Assembly (NCBI GenBank): GCA_016745215.1
Contig: CP050890.1
Location: 6,029,455 to 6,093,454 of the forward strand
Origin: Thiohalocapsa sp. PB-PSB1
Lineage (GTDB): Bacteria; Pseudomonadota; Gammaproteobacteria; Chromatiales; Chromatiaceae
Direction: 5' to 3'
Length of the DNA stretch: 64,000 bases
The notes beneath the pieces were generated by a model. That model made no database searches. It was not told the DNA's origin and was given only the letters and a program-made list of their open reading frames with translations. This document shows positions 1 to 10,000 of the stretch, one piece after another (positions within the stretch are counted from its first letter, which is position 1; the number at the start of each line of letters is the position of its first letter). The position numbers and the translations under genes were made by a program.

Positions 1-188
1 TGTTCCGCTTGCTTTAGGACTGATTTCGAAGGACTGTATATCGACGTGTCTGTTCGTAACCGATTGATCGGACTAACGAATCTAGGTTTGTGCGCCTTTA
101 CTGGGCGAGACATGCGGATTCGACCGAGACAAAGGCGGCGTTCGGCAGGTTCAATAATCGGTCAAGGATTTCTAGGCTTTTGGACACC

Positions 189-2082
189 CTAGGAGGCTGT
201 CCGAAAACGGAGCGAACGGGTACAATCGCCATCCCTCCCGGACAGGTGGGCGTTTAGCGCTCTGCCAAGATCGCAGAGTGGAGCGGCGCACAACGATTAT
301 TGCCCTGTGCCAAGGCAAACGGGGCGCTCGGATACTCCGTTTCCCATTCCGTGCACGGCTGATATGAATTGATAACTAGGGTGATCATGAGCAAGCAGAC
401 CATCCCATTCAAAAAAAGCCCGATCGAACATGATCCGGACATCTTGTCCCCGAGCAATCTATTCGATCTGCTCCCGAAGGATCATGACTGCTATATCTAT
501 AAAGAGATCTTACAGCAACTCGACACGACCGAGGTCGAACGCAAGTACAGTCCTGAAGGACAGCATGCTTACCATCCGAAACTGCTTGTCTCCATCCTGA
601 TCTATGCGTATAGCCACGGAGTATTCAGCGCTCGGGAGATTGAAAGACGCTGCGGCCAAGACCTCGCCTTCATGTATATCTGCGAGATGCATTGCCCGAA
701 TTTTCGCGTATTAAGCGATTTCAGGAAAGACAATTCGGAGTTTTTTCATGATTGTTTCAAACAAACGGTGCGATTGGCGATCGAGCTGAAGCTCGCCTCG
801 TTGGGGCATATCAGTCTCGACGGTTCGAAATTCAAAGCGAACAGCTCCAAACACAAGGCGATGAGCTACAAACGTTTGAAAGAGAAAGAAGCGGAGTTGA
901 CGGCGGAGATCGAGGAGCTGGTCGAGCAGGCGGCACGGTGCGATCGAGAAGAAGACGCAGCTTACCAGGAGCGAACCGGCTACGAGATACCTGAGGACTT
1001 AAAACATAAGGAAAAAAGACTGGAGACTGTCCAAGCGGCCAAGCAAGCGCTGGAGGAACGCGAGGAAGCGCTGAATCCCGGCAAGACGATCGAAGAGAAA
1101 AAACAAATCAGCTTTGCCGACAAAGACGCCAGGATCATGGGCAAGCAAGGCAACTTCGACTACCGTTACAACGCTCAGATCAGTGTGGACAGCGACCATC
1201 AAATCATCGTCGGGCAACACCTGAGCCAACATGCCAACGATAAACAGGAAGTTGCGCCGGCATTGGAAAACGTCCGAGCTGCCACGGACGGACGGTTGCC
1301 GGAGAAAATGAGCGCCGATAACGGCTATCTATCGGGAGACAACCTCGAGGCATTGGAAGACAGTGGAGTGGATTGTTACATCGCGACGAGTAAAGGTGAA
1401 AAAAAGGACGAAACGCCACTGGACGAATCAGCGCGAAAGCTGTTGAAAGCCGATTTCGAATACGATCCGAAGGAAGACTGTTTCACTTGCCCGGGCGGAC
1501 AAATCTTGGTTGTGGTAGGAGAAACGAAAAACGGAGAAAAAACCTACCAAGGTCGCGCTGAAACCTGTGCCGCCTGCCCATACCGATCCCGTTGCTGTCA
1601 ATCGAAAAAGGGAGAAGCCCGTACGATCAACACGGACGACAAAGAACCTCTACGCCAACGAATGAATGCCAAAATGGAACAACAGGAAGCCAAGGACGTT
1701 TATAAAAAACGCAAGAGCATCGTCGAACCGGTTTTCGGTCAGATAAAGAATACGGGTTTTCGCGGTTTCGGTGTGCGCGGGAAAGAAAAAGCGGCCGGGG
1801 AATTCTCGCTGGTTTGCGCGGCGCATAACATCAAGAAAATCAGCAAGGCGATCATCAAGGGGTTTGTGCGCCCGGAATCAGGGAAACTGGTTGCGAATCC
1901 GATCTGATGGACGATCATTTTGCTTGAAGAGACGAAAAACGAGGAATATCGACCATGATATTACTCAAATACCAACCGCCAACGGATGACTGACAAGATA
2001 TCGATTCTTTTACCCTGAATTGGGTAGGTGTTTAAGTCGGCTGTAGAACCTATTCTCGGACAGCCTCCTAGGATAAGCCTGC
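189..2082 (+). mobile_element. IS1182-family insertion sequence. Terminal inverted repeat GGAGGCTGTCCGA(A/G)AA, with CTAG on both flanks.
   Basis: cctaggaggctgtccgaaaa at ~189 and its reverse complement ttctcggacagcctcctagg at ~2063 bracket a single DDE transposase ORF. GC is clearly lower than in the surrounding DNA. Confidence 0.8.
369..1907 (+). CDS. IS1182-family (IS5-like DDE) transposase
   Basis: 512 aa. Motifs SILIYAYSHGVFSAREIERRC...DLAFMYI and KRKSIVEPVFGQIKNTGFRGFGVRGKEKAAGEFSLVCAAHNIKKI are characteristic of IS1182-type transposases. Confidence 0.9.
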   Translation: MITRVIMSKQTIPFKKSPIEHDPDILSPSNLFDLLPKDHDCYIYKEILQQLDTTEVERKYSPEGQHAYHPKLLVSILIYAYSHGVFSAREIERRCGQDLAFMYICEMHCPNFRVLSDFRKDNSEFFHDCFKQTVRLAIELKLASLGHISLDGSKFKANSSKHKAMSYKRLKEKEAELTAEIEELVEQAARCDREEDAAYQERTGYEIPEDLKHKEKRLETVQAAKQALEEREEALNPGKTIEEKKQISFADKDARIMGKQGNFDYRYNAQISVDSDHQIIVGQHLSQHANDKQEVAPALENVRAATDGRLPEKMSADNGYLSGDNLEALEDSGVDCYIATSKGEKKDETPLDESARKLLKADFEYDPKEDCFTCPGGQILVVVGETKNGEKTYQGRAETCAACPYRSRCCQSKKGEARTINTDDKEPLRQRMNAKMEQQEAKDVYKKRKSIVEPVFGQIKNTGFRGFGVRGKEKAAGEFSLVCAAHNIKKISKAIIKGFVRPESGKLVANPI

Positions 2083-2084
2083 CG

Positions 2085-2462
2085 AGGTTCCGGGTGCTAG
2101 CGATGCAGAGGTTTTTGATCTGGATTTGGCAACGGTCGACCGGTTACTGAGCGATGAGCTGGTCGAAGCTGCCCTGAGGGCTGACGACCCAAGGTATCTG
2201 TTTGCGCTCGGACGTGTGGCCATTCCATGGCCGCGAGGAAATCGCCTATGATCTGCTTGCAATAGCTACCGAGGCCGGTTCGGCCCCGGCCCACATGTAC
2301 ATTGCCGACTATTTTGTCGACGCAGACCCACCGAAGGCGCAGGAGCTGTTGCACGCTGCTGTGACCATGGGCTTCGCGCCGGCAGAGAATGCCTGGGATG
2401 CGCTATATGGACAGGACGGCGAACAACCTGCGACAGGCTCTGCCGAGCCCTGGCCGCCCTAA
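2085..2462 (+). pseudogene. Sel1/TPR-like repeat protein remnant, frameshifted and truncated at the IS boundary
   Basis: Two frames read on from each other (...DPRYLFALGRVA / REEIAYDLLAIATEAGSAPAHMYIADYF...ENAWDALYG) and resemble Sel1 repeats. The reading frame begins immediately at the IS right end. Confidence 0.3.
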
Positions 2463-2495
2463 TGGTCATTTCCGGTGCATTGAGCGAGAAATGAT

Positions 2496-3371
2496 ATGAC
2501 CTTCCGAATAATTACCGCATTGCTACCCATCTTGGTCTCGGTTGCCACATTTTCGGTGATGTCAGGGGCTGACGCAGGCGAAACGCTCGTAGCATTTGGT
2601 CACGTAGCCGCGACCTCGCGGCCGTCGCCCCGCGCAGTCGCCAGGCCTCGACCAAGAACGCCGGCCAGGACAGCCCTAGCACATCGGACCTCGGTACAAC
2701 CATCACGGCTAGCTACCTGGCCAGCTCCCATAATGCCGGGGACGGCGAGAGCAGCGCGAGTACCTCGCAAACCCAGCGCCCTGCCGGAACCCTCGCGTCG
2801 AAATACTGCGACACCAACAGCAGCCAACACGTCACGGATCAAGGGACAAGCCGCCGTTCGCTCCAAGCTGACGAAGCCCAAACGATCGCAAAAAGTCGTC
2901 CCGAGGCCAAGCCGCAGACCGGTAAAGCTTCCGGTGCATTCAATGCCTGGGACAAAGCCGATCATCGGCAAGACTCGGCTACAGAAGCGGCTGGAACAGG
3001 GCAAGAGGAAACATCGGAGGCAGCCCTTGAGACAGGGGAGCAATGATCCCGAGCAAAAGAGGCGACTGGCTCGCGGACGAAAGCTGCTGGCCACGGCTCA
3101 GCCGCTCGAGACGCAGTCGTCTCGCCTCCCCAGGCGACCTGCAACGAACAGTCGCAGCGGGAGCAAACGCTCCGGGCATTTGACTGAGCAATGGCGCGCC
3201 GCTAAGAACCGTAACGGCGGGAGAGGAGCAAAGCCAAACACCAACCGATCTGTGACCTCCAGCCAACAGCGTGGAAAGAAGCTGATCAGAGACCAACAGC
3301 TGGCAACGCTCCAAGGTCCTGAGGAGCAAGATCACCACGACAATCGGTGGTCGCTTTACCAAGACCGTTGA
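2496..3371 (+). CDS. hypothetical Pro/Arg-rich protein (possibly spurious)
   Basis: 291-aa ORF with an N-terminal hydrophobic segment, then low-complexity basic sequence. Alternative frames are also open and GC3 is not convincing. Confidence 0.2.
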   Translation: MTFRIITALLPILVSVATFSVMSGADAGETLVAFGHVAATSRPSPRAVARPRPRTPARTALAHRTSVQPSRLATWPAPIMPGTARAARVPRKPSALPEPSRRNTATPTAANTSRIKGQAAVRSKLTKPKRSQKVVPRPSRRPVKLPVHSMPGTKPIIGKTRLQKRLEQGKRKHRRQPLRQGSNDPEQKRRLARGRKLLATAQPLETQSSRLPRRPATNSRSGSKRSGHLTEQWRAAKNRNGGRGAKPNTNRSVTSSQQRGKKLIRDQQLATLQGPEEQDHHDNRWSLYQDR

Positions 3372-3544
3372 GGTAGGCCCGGGCAAGGATCCCGGCCAAT
3401 CGCGGGCGGAGTACGTTCGCTACAAGAATTCACAAGGCAAGGTGATTCGAATCTACAAAGACACCTACGACCGCGCCGGCAAATTCCAACACCGCAAGCC
3501 GTTGTGAGGCGGTCCCGAAGGTCGTCCCAAGTGATGGAGAACCG

Positions 3545-3928
3545 ATGAACATATCTTCTCTCCGCAGGATCTTGGATGGAACTCTGCCCCCCCAGGAACT
3601 GTGTATTATGATTGCGGACGAAGTAGCCCGATACGCTTCTCCACGAAATCCGATCGGAGGTTCGATCCCCATCATGCTCCAGGCAGATGAAGATAGTGTT
3701 CACATCGATTGTCAGGCGATTCGAAGCCTGATCGACGCTTACCTCGGGGGTACCTTGAGCGCCGCTCAGGTTGCATATTTGTGTGATGGGATCCTGCTTT
3801 CCGACCAGTTGGGCTTAGACAGTGAGCTGGTTCGAGAATGTCTCGAAGAGATGACTGATCCGGAGATCAATGGCGAGCTGACAGCGTTGGATGCCATGCA
3901 CATCCGCCAGCGCTGCTCGGAAATCTGA
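3545..3928 (+). CDS. hypothetical small protein
   Basis: 127-aa ORF of non-repetitive composition. No recognisable motif. Confidence 0.4.
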   Translation: MNISSLRRILDGTLPPQELCIMIADEVARYASPRNPIGGSIPIMLQADEDSVHIDCQAIRSLIDAYLGGTLSAAQVAYLCDGILLSDQLGLDSELVRECLEEMTDPEINGELTALDAMHIRQRCSEI

Positions 3929-4006
3929 GCCTGGATTCCCCACCTCGAGATATCCCCGACTCTACGCTGTTCATTGAGCATTCAGGCACCGAGCATATGG
4001 TTCTTT

Positions 4007-4525
4007 TCAGCCAGCCGGCTGCCATTCGTAAAGGATGCTCTCCTGCACCAGGGTGCCGCTGGTGGTATCCAGGCCCCAGGCGATGACGTCGCAGTAGACC
4101 GGGGTCTGTTCCGCCATGAGTAAGATATGGCGTTGGACTGCTTCGGCGTTGAGCAAATCCTGGTCCATGGTGCCGCGGGTGGTATTGAGCCAGGCACGGC
4201 GGTCGTCGAGCCATTGAGGGTCCATCAGCAGCTCCAGCCGGTGTGGGGTCAGGCCGTAGCAGGACAGCGCGCGGTGGCTGGCCGAGATGGCATCATCAAG
4301 GTGGTTGAGCAATTCGGCGTCCGCCTCGGTGGGCCAATAGGTGCGCAGCAACAGGGCGGCCCGGAAGATGTGCTGGACGAAGAAGTTCCACTGGCCCTGG
4401 AGGGCATCGGTTGGCGTGACGCTCTGGTAGAGCACCATAAAGCGCTTGTCGGCCAGCGCGCTCAAGACCTTGGACAGGCCGGAAGGCCTGTGGTAATCGG
4501 CATGTTGGATGTCCGGCCGGCGCAA
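4007..4525 (-). pseudogene. 5'-truncated paralog of the C-terminal domain of the 793-aa protein at 4661..7042
   Basis: Aligns residue by residue with the last ~170 aa of the 793-aa protein: YHRPSGLSKV...QHIFRAALLLRTYW...PVYCDVIAWGLDTTSGT versus YYSPSGLPNV...QHVFRAALLLKTYW...PVYCDVVTWGLDATNGT. Similarity starts at the first codon (TTG start in the track), and a stop lies immediately upstream in frame. Confidence 0.6.
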
Positions 4526-4660
4526 CTTCGTGGCCGATCGCTATGACATGTGTCGGAAGAGGGTTTCAGCGACAGGCGGTTCTCAAGTTGTTGATCTACA
4601 TGATACAACAGTCCCAGGAGATCCGGGAGAGCCGCGGAGACGACGTGCCACTTCTGCAAG

Positions 4661-7042
4661 TCAGCCCCAATGGTCGGAGGGCTGCCGTTCTGCCAAGATG
4701 CTCTTTTCGACCGTGGTACCGTTCGTGGCGTCAAGACCCCAGGTTACGACGTCGCAGTACACTGGCCCCTGCTGTGCGCGGGGCATCACAAGGCTCCGAA
4801 ACGCTTTGGCTTCGAGCAGCGCTTCGTCGACATTTCGGGTACCGCTGATCCAGCCTTGACGCTCTTCTATCCAATCCCTGTTCACCAACAGTTCAAGTGC
4901 GTGGGGGGCCAATCCTTGGCGTAACAGCGCGAAGCGGGTCGCTGCCATGGTATCATCCAACCGCGCGATGAGTAGGTCATCTGCCGCCCTGCCCCAGTAG
5001 GTTTTGAGAAGAAGCGCGGCTCGGAAGACATGCTGGGCAAGGTCGCGCCACTGCGCCTTCAATGCTTCCGCGAGGTTCTTGGCTTTGTAGAGCGCGTAGA
5101 ACTCTTTATCCTCGAGCTCCTTCCATACGTTTGGCAGGCCCGATGGGGAATAGTAGTCAGACTCAGTAATCGCAACGACCTGCAAGTGGTCGCGCAGACG
5201 AATCAAGCTACGCACATAATTCTGAAGCTCGGGCTTCTCCGATGAGTGGATTTGCGCGCTCTCCATTGCGATTTGAAACCGGTTTTCATTAGTTTGATAG
5301 GTAAAATCCGACGCGATATAACCCGACGCCTGGAGATCCTTGGCGATATATCCAATCATCTTCTCCATCTGCCTTTGCTCGTTTTCCAGCGATTTTTCCA
5401 GCGAATCGACCCTGGCGTCAAGTTGACCAATATCGCCTTTTGCCATTTCTAGGAGCGTGCTGTTTTTGTCACGCTCCTCCTCGAGCCTGCTTATCTCGCT
5501 TTCGGCTGCCTCGTCGATTTGCCCGAAGAGGTTGGCATGGAACGCAGTAAGACAGAGCGCCCAATAAAGATTTTCCAGCATATTGCGTATCGCGTTGAGT
5601 AAAAACCCGATATCAAGGGAATGATTGGACTGTATAGCTTGCAAGCCCTGCCGGAGCCTTTCAAGGTTTTCGAAGGCGTTGAGATTCTCCTTATGTGACT
5701 TCTCCAGCCCACTAGCATTATGCTGCCAATTCTCAGCCTGTTGCAGCTGCAAGCGAACTTTCAGTCGCTGGACGGATTCCGAAGCTTTCTCGATATATGA
5801 ACGCAGCGGCAGGGCTTTATCGATCTGATCGGTCATCTCACTCATCCACCGACCCTGTTCCTCGGAAAATTCCTGCTTCTGGTCCGAAACAAGGTGCCTT
5901 TCCGATTTTTGAACTAATTTTTTATATGCCACGTTATGAAAGTGCTCATTCGTCTTCTCATTGATTTTCTGCTCGAGTTGGCGATCAAACCACCATTGAC
6001 CTAACCAAACGAGAATGACGATCAGAACGCCTTCAATCACTGAAATCCAAAACAGCATCCAGAAAGTGACGCCTCTCGCTGTGGCACCAGCCCATAGATC
6101 CTGGACTTCAGCTGTTAATGTTTTATTGGATTCACTGAGTTCTTTGACCTTTTTTCTCTCATTTTCTCTTTCATCATTTGCTTGCTTCTTATCGTTTTCG
6201 AGCTGCTGATTTTGTTCCTTCAAATTGCTGATTTCTGCCTGGAGTTTGCGGATTTCTCCATTCTTTGTTTCAAGATTGCTACGCAGTTGCCCAATGCCAG
6301 CGGAATCCACTTCAGCTGATTTGTCTATTTTCTCATTGTTGTTAGTTTGTTGCTCGTTGTCAGCAGTTGTTGTATCAACAGATTGGGCATCGCTACCTGA
6401 AGTTGGATCATTAGATGGCGCGTCCTGCCCATATGTATCTGGACGTGGACCGCTACTTAACGAATTGACGAATTCCTCCTGGCTAACCAGCTTGCAGTCG
6501 GTAAAGAGTTTCTCAATAAGCTCGATACGCGTACCCAAAAAGCTAGTGAGCGTTTTGAGCTCTGTCTCGTCTGTCTGATAGGTCAGCTTTAAAATGGACA
6601 ACTGAGATCTGATATTCGAAGGCTTATTACCCCAGTTCTCGCTTATGCGGAGTAGCGCATTGTCGCGAAACAAAGTCTGTTGAAGCAGCTCCTGATAACC
6701 GTAACCCCTCTCATCATTTAGGTTGTCCAACCCGCCAGGGGTAATCAAGGTGCACAGCGAGGTTTGTTGGACCAATGCCTGCGCCGCTGCCCACCATTCG
6801 TATTTGGGAGCTCCTCTTTGGCCGAGCAAGAACGCGTCTGGATAGGTAGGCAGGCTTTCTCGGGGAGATTTAAGATTTTCGATGGCCTCTTTATCGATTC
6901 GATAGAAGTGAATGTCATTCTGGGTGTCGAATATTTTAATCTGTGTTTTGGAATATGTGATGTTTGCTGCCCACAACCCGTCTAAAGGCAACAGCAGGAT
7001 CGACAAGAAGACAGACAGGTATCGTAGTCGCAAATACATCAT
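4661..7042 (-). CDS. signal-peptide / single-TM coiled-coil membrane protein with a conserved C-terminal ~170-aa domain
   Basis: 793 aa. N-terminal signal (MMYLRLRYLSVFLSILLLPLDGLWA), K/E/Q-rich coiled-coil, TM VTFWMLFWISVIEGVLIVILVWLGQWWF. GC is markedly lower over ~5.2-6.7 kb than in the C-terminal domain. Confidence 0.6.
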   Translation of the reverse strand: MMYLRLRYLSVFLSILLLPLDGLWAANITYSKTQIKIFDTQNDIHFYRIDKEAIENLKSPRESLPTYPDAFLLGQRGAPKYEWWAAAQALVQQTSLCTLITPGGLDNLNDERGYGYQELLQQTLFRDNALLRISENWGNKPSNIRSQLSILKLTYQTDETELKTLTSFLGTRIELIEKLFTDCKLVSQEEFVNSLSSGPRPDTYGQDAPSNDPTSGSDAQSVDTTTADNEQQTNNNEKIDKSAEVDSAGIGQLRSNLETKNGEIRKLQAEISNLKEQNQQLENDKKQANDERENERKKVKELSESNKTLTAEVQDLWAGATARGVTFWMLFWISVIEGVLIVILVWLGQWWFDRQLEQKINEKTNEHFHNVAYKKLVQKSERHLVSDQKQEFSEEQGRWMSEMTDQIDKALPLRSYIEKASESVQRLKVRLQLQQAENWQHNASGLEKSHKENLNAFENLERLRQGLQAIQSNHSLDIGFLLNAIRNMLENLYWALCLTAFHANLFGQIDEAAESEISRLEEERDKNSTLLEMAKGDIGQLDARVDSLEKSLENEQRQMEKMIGYIAKDLQASGYIASDFTYQTNENRFQIAMESAQIHSSEKPELQNYVRSLIRLRDHLQVVAITESDYYSPSGLPNVWKELEDKEFYALYKAKNLAEALKAQWRDLAQHVFRAALLLKTYWGRAADDLLIARLDDTMAATRFALLRQGLAPHALELLVNRDWIEERQGWISGTRNVDEALLEAKAFRSLVMPRAQQGPVYCDVVTWGLDATNGTTVEKSILAERQPSDHWG

Positions 7043-10000
7043 TTGCTCTCCCCCTTGTCATCAAGCAAATCGGCCTGGCTTTGAGCACACAGCTTGGCCG
7101 CACCGAGGGGCCAGGGCCTGCGATGGTAGGAGAGCGTCGGGATGCTTTGCCGCCCGGTCAGCCTCCAGGTGCGGCCGGCGGTGTTGGTGACCTCGGCCTT
7201 CAGATAACCGGTTTCGTCGAAGTCCAGCTGGATAGTCAATTTGCAGTCCCCCGCGTAGAAGAGGTCCGGAAGCAGGTTGAAGCAGGAGGTGAAGCCATTG
7301 TTGGTCTCAAGGCCGATTTGGACTTCGCTGGCGTCTTGCAGAAAGAACTCGACGCGCTTGCCGGACTCTGGATAGGCGAGAAAGTCCCATTGCTCGGCGC
7401 GGGGCTCATAGCGGACGCCAAAGACGCCGGCGGTCTTCGGCGACTCGATCTCGATGTTGCGCCAGCGGTATTCGCGCTCGACGACGCCGAGCACGACGAC
7501 GCGTTTGAGACTGTCGGCCTCGGCGTTGAAATCGACCCAGTTGGGAATGTCGCCCAAGGTCTTGGCGAGGCGCTCGCGAAAGCCTGGCCACAGCGAGGTA
7601 CGCCCGGACAGGATGACGGTGTCCGGCTGCTGCAGGTCTTTGCCCAAAAAGCGTTCGACCTCGACGCGGGTGACCCGGTCGATGAAGGCGCTGGCATAGG
7701 CACCATCGAGGATGCGCTCGCTCCGCGGTGTCCAGAAAACCTTGCCGGACTCGGTCGCGTCGATCTCGGCGATGCTGCGATACATGCCCCTGGTCTCTTC
7801 GGCCTTGGTCTTGACCAACTGGGCGGCGGTGGCATATTTGCTGGTGAGTTCCAGACGCGGTTTCTTGCCGGCGCTGAGATCGGCCTTGAGCTGGTGGATC
7901 TGCTGGCGCAATTCGTCCATGCGGGTGCTCTCGGCAACGCTCATGGTCTCGCCCTCGTCCTTGACGACGATCCTCGTGAGGTAGCGGTCGCCCAGGTTGG
8001 CATCGAGGTAGGCATGCAGGTCGCGGGCGATGCATTCGTCGAGCAGGTCGCCGGCCTTGGTGACACCGCCGCGGCGCAGCACACGGATGCGCTTGGGCGT
8101 GCGGCCGCCGGCGTCATTGCGGATCCAGTCCACCTCCAAATAGGTCAGGTCCAGGGTGCCGGCACCGATATCGTAGACCAGGATGCGCTCGCGGTCGGGC
8201 ACGACAGAGCCCGACGTGCGCAGGTCATGGGCATGCATCAAATAGTAATAGGCGACGGCGTCGGACTCGCTGATGAAGTGGATATTATCTGGGTAGACGA
8301 TGTTCTCGCCTTGGGCCATGCCGGAAAAGACCTGCTCGACGACCTTGCGCAACTGCTCGACGTGGTTCTGGGTGTAGGTGTTCGGGTGAGTGATATAGAC
8401 GTGGGAGTAGCCAGTGTTTTGCTGCTCCAGAATCGGCGCGATAAAGTGTTGTACCAACCCGTGGTAAGCGCCTTCGATGACGGCATCCAGCGGAGGTGAG
8501 CTGAGGTTCTCTGGCTGATCCGCAAGGTTCGTATAGGGATGCTTGCGGGCATCGATGGGCAGGACCGTATAGCCGGCGGAGATCAGAGCCTTCAGCGATG
8601 AAAAGCACGTATCCGGGTCATTGGTTAACGCAGACAGGATCAACGGCAGATCGAGGAAATCAGGGCTGTCGGGCCTTGTCCGCGCGAGCTTGTCCCGGTC
8701 GTTGCAGACATTGAGTTCGGAGGCCAGGAAGTAGGGATTGCGCTTGCCCGGGTCGTCCCAGCGGCGGTCGATCTTGGTCTCCTTCTCGATGGCGTCCAGG
8801 CGCTTGGGCAAGGGCAACAGCTCGATATTCTGAGGGCCGATGGCATGGGCGACGGCCATGGCCGAGGTGCCGAAATCGATGGCGAGGACATGGCGTGGCG
8901 GCTCGTGGCGCAGCAAACAGATCGCCTGGGCACTGGTCTGGAAGCGCTTCACCGCATTCTTGTCCCTGGGGTCTTTGGCATGGACCTGCCAGTCCACCTC
9001 GACCTCGATTTCCAGACGAAAGTCCCGCCCGGTGATGATGACGAGTTCCAGATCCAGCGTCGCGCTCAGGTCGAGCTGGCGCTCTTCGAGGACCGGACTG
9101 TCTCGCAATGTGCCGGCCGCGCGGGGTTCGCCGCGGCCGTCGAGCAGATTCAGGGCGCCGGGCTCGAGCTGGATGTTGTGGCGATGAGTGACCCTGATCC
9201 TGGCCTGCCAGTCGGCATGACCATGACCGTTGCGACAGGCGTTGCCCAGTCGCACCTTGAACAGATCGTGCTGGCGCATCCCCTCCTGAACGTGGCGGTG
9301 GACCGAGATGGGCCGCTGCCGGCTGCCGATCGGGAAGGGAGCCGACAGGCTGTTGCGCGCCTCGTTCAGCGCCTTGGAGCGCTGAGTCTCGGTATATAGG
9401 ATGACCACGGAGACGTCGGTGCGCTCGGCGGAGCGCTGCACCTCCAGGCGCCATTCGTCGATCTTTTGCCAGCGCGGCTTGTCCCTGGCAGCGGGAACCG
9501 GCAGGGGTAGATCGGCATCTTTTGGTGGCGCGTCTTCGACGGGTTCGGAGTAGAAGATAACGATGCGGTAATTGTCGCGCTCGATGGGATTGGATAATTT
9601 GCGGAAGTCCAGATGCAGATCGACCAGCATCGGCTCTTTGTGGCGCAGATAGAGTTCGAGCTGGCTGTCGCGGTCGTCGCGGTGGACCAGCTCGACGGCG
9701 CCGGACTTGGTTTTTCCCTGGGCATCGTGGACATCGACCCCGAGCAGCCCCCGGACGGTATAGCTATAGCGATGCATTGCGCTGCTTGTCAGCTGGTAGC
9801 TGGCGAAACGGCTGACGGCGCCGGCCTGGTACTCGACCGGTATGAACGGATGGCCGTCGTCGTCGGCCCGCAGATCCATGCACTTTTGGCACAAGTGGGT
9901 GCGCTCGGGGATCAGCTCGACGTCCCAATGGTGTTTGAGGGTGCGCTCGCCGGCGCGGCCGGCGCCGATGTGCACCTTCGCAGGGATGGTCAGCCTGGCG

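Noticed and set aside
2573-3050. An acidic, Ser/Thr-rich frame (…KNAGQDSPSTSDLGTTITASYLASSHNAGDGESSAS…) that looks protein-like
   Set aside because: It contains no start codon anywhere in the open stretch and is bounded by stops. It is possibly an ancient remnant but is not annotatable.
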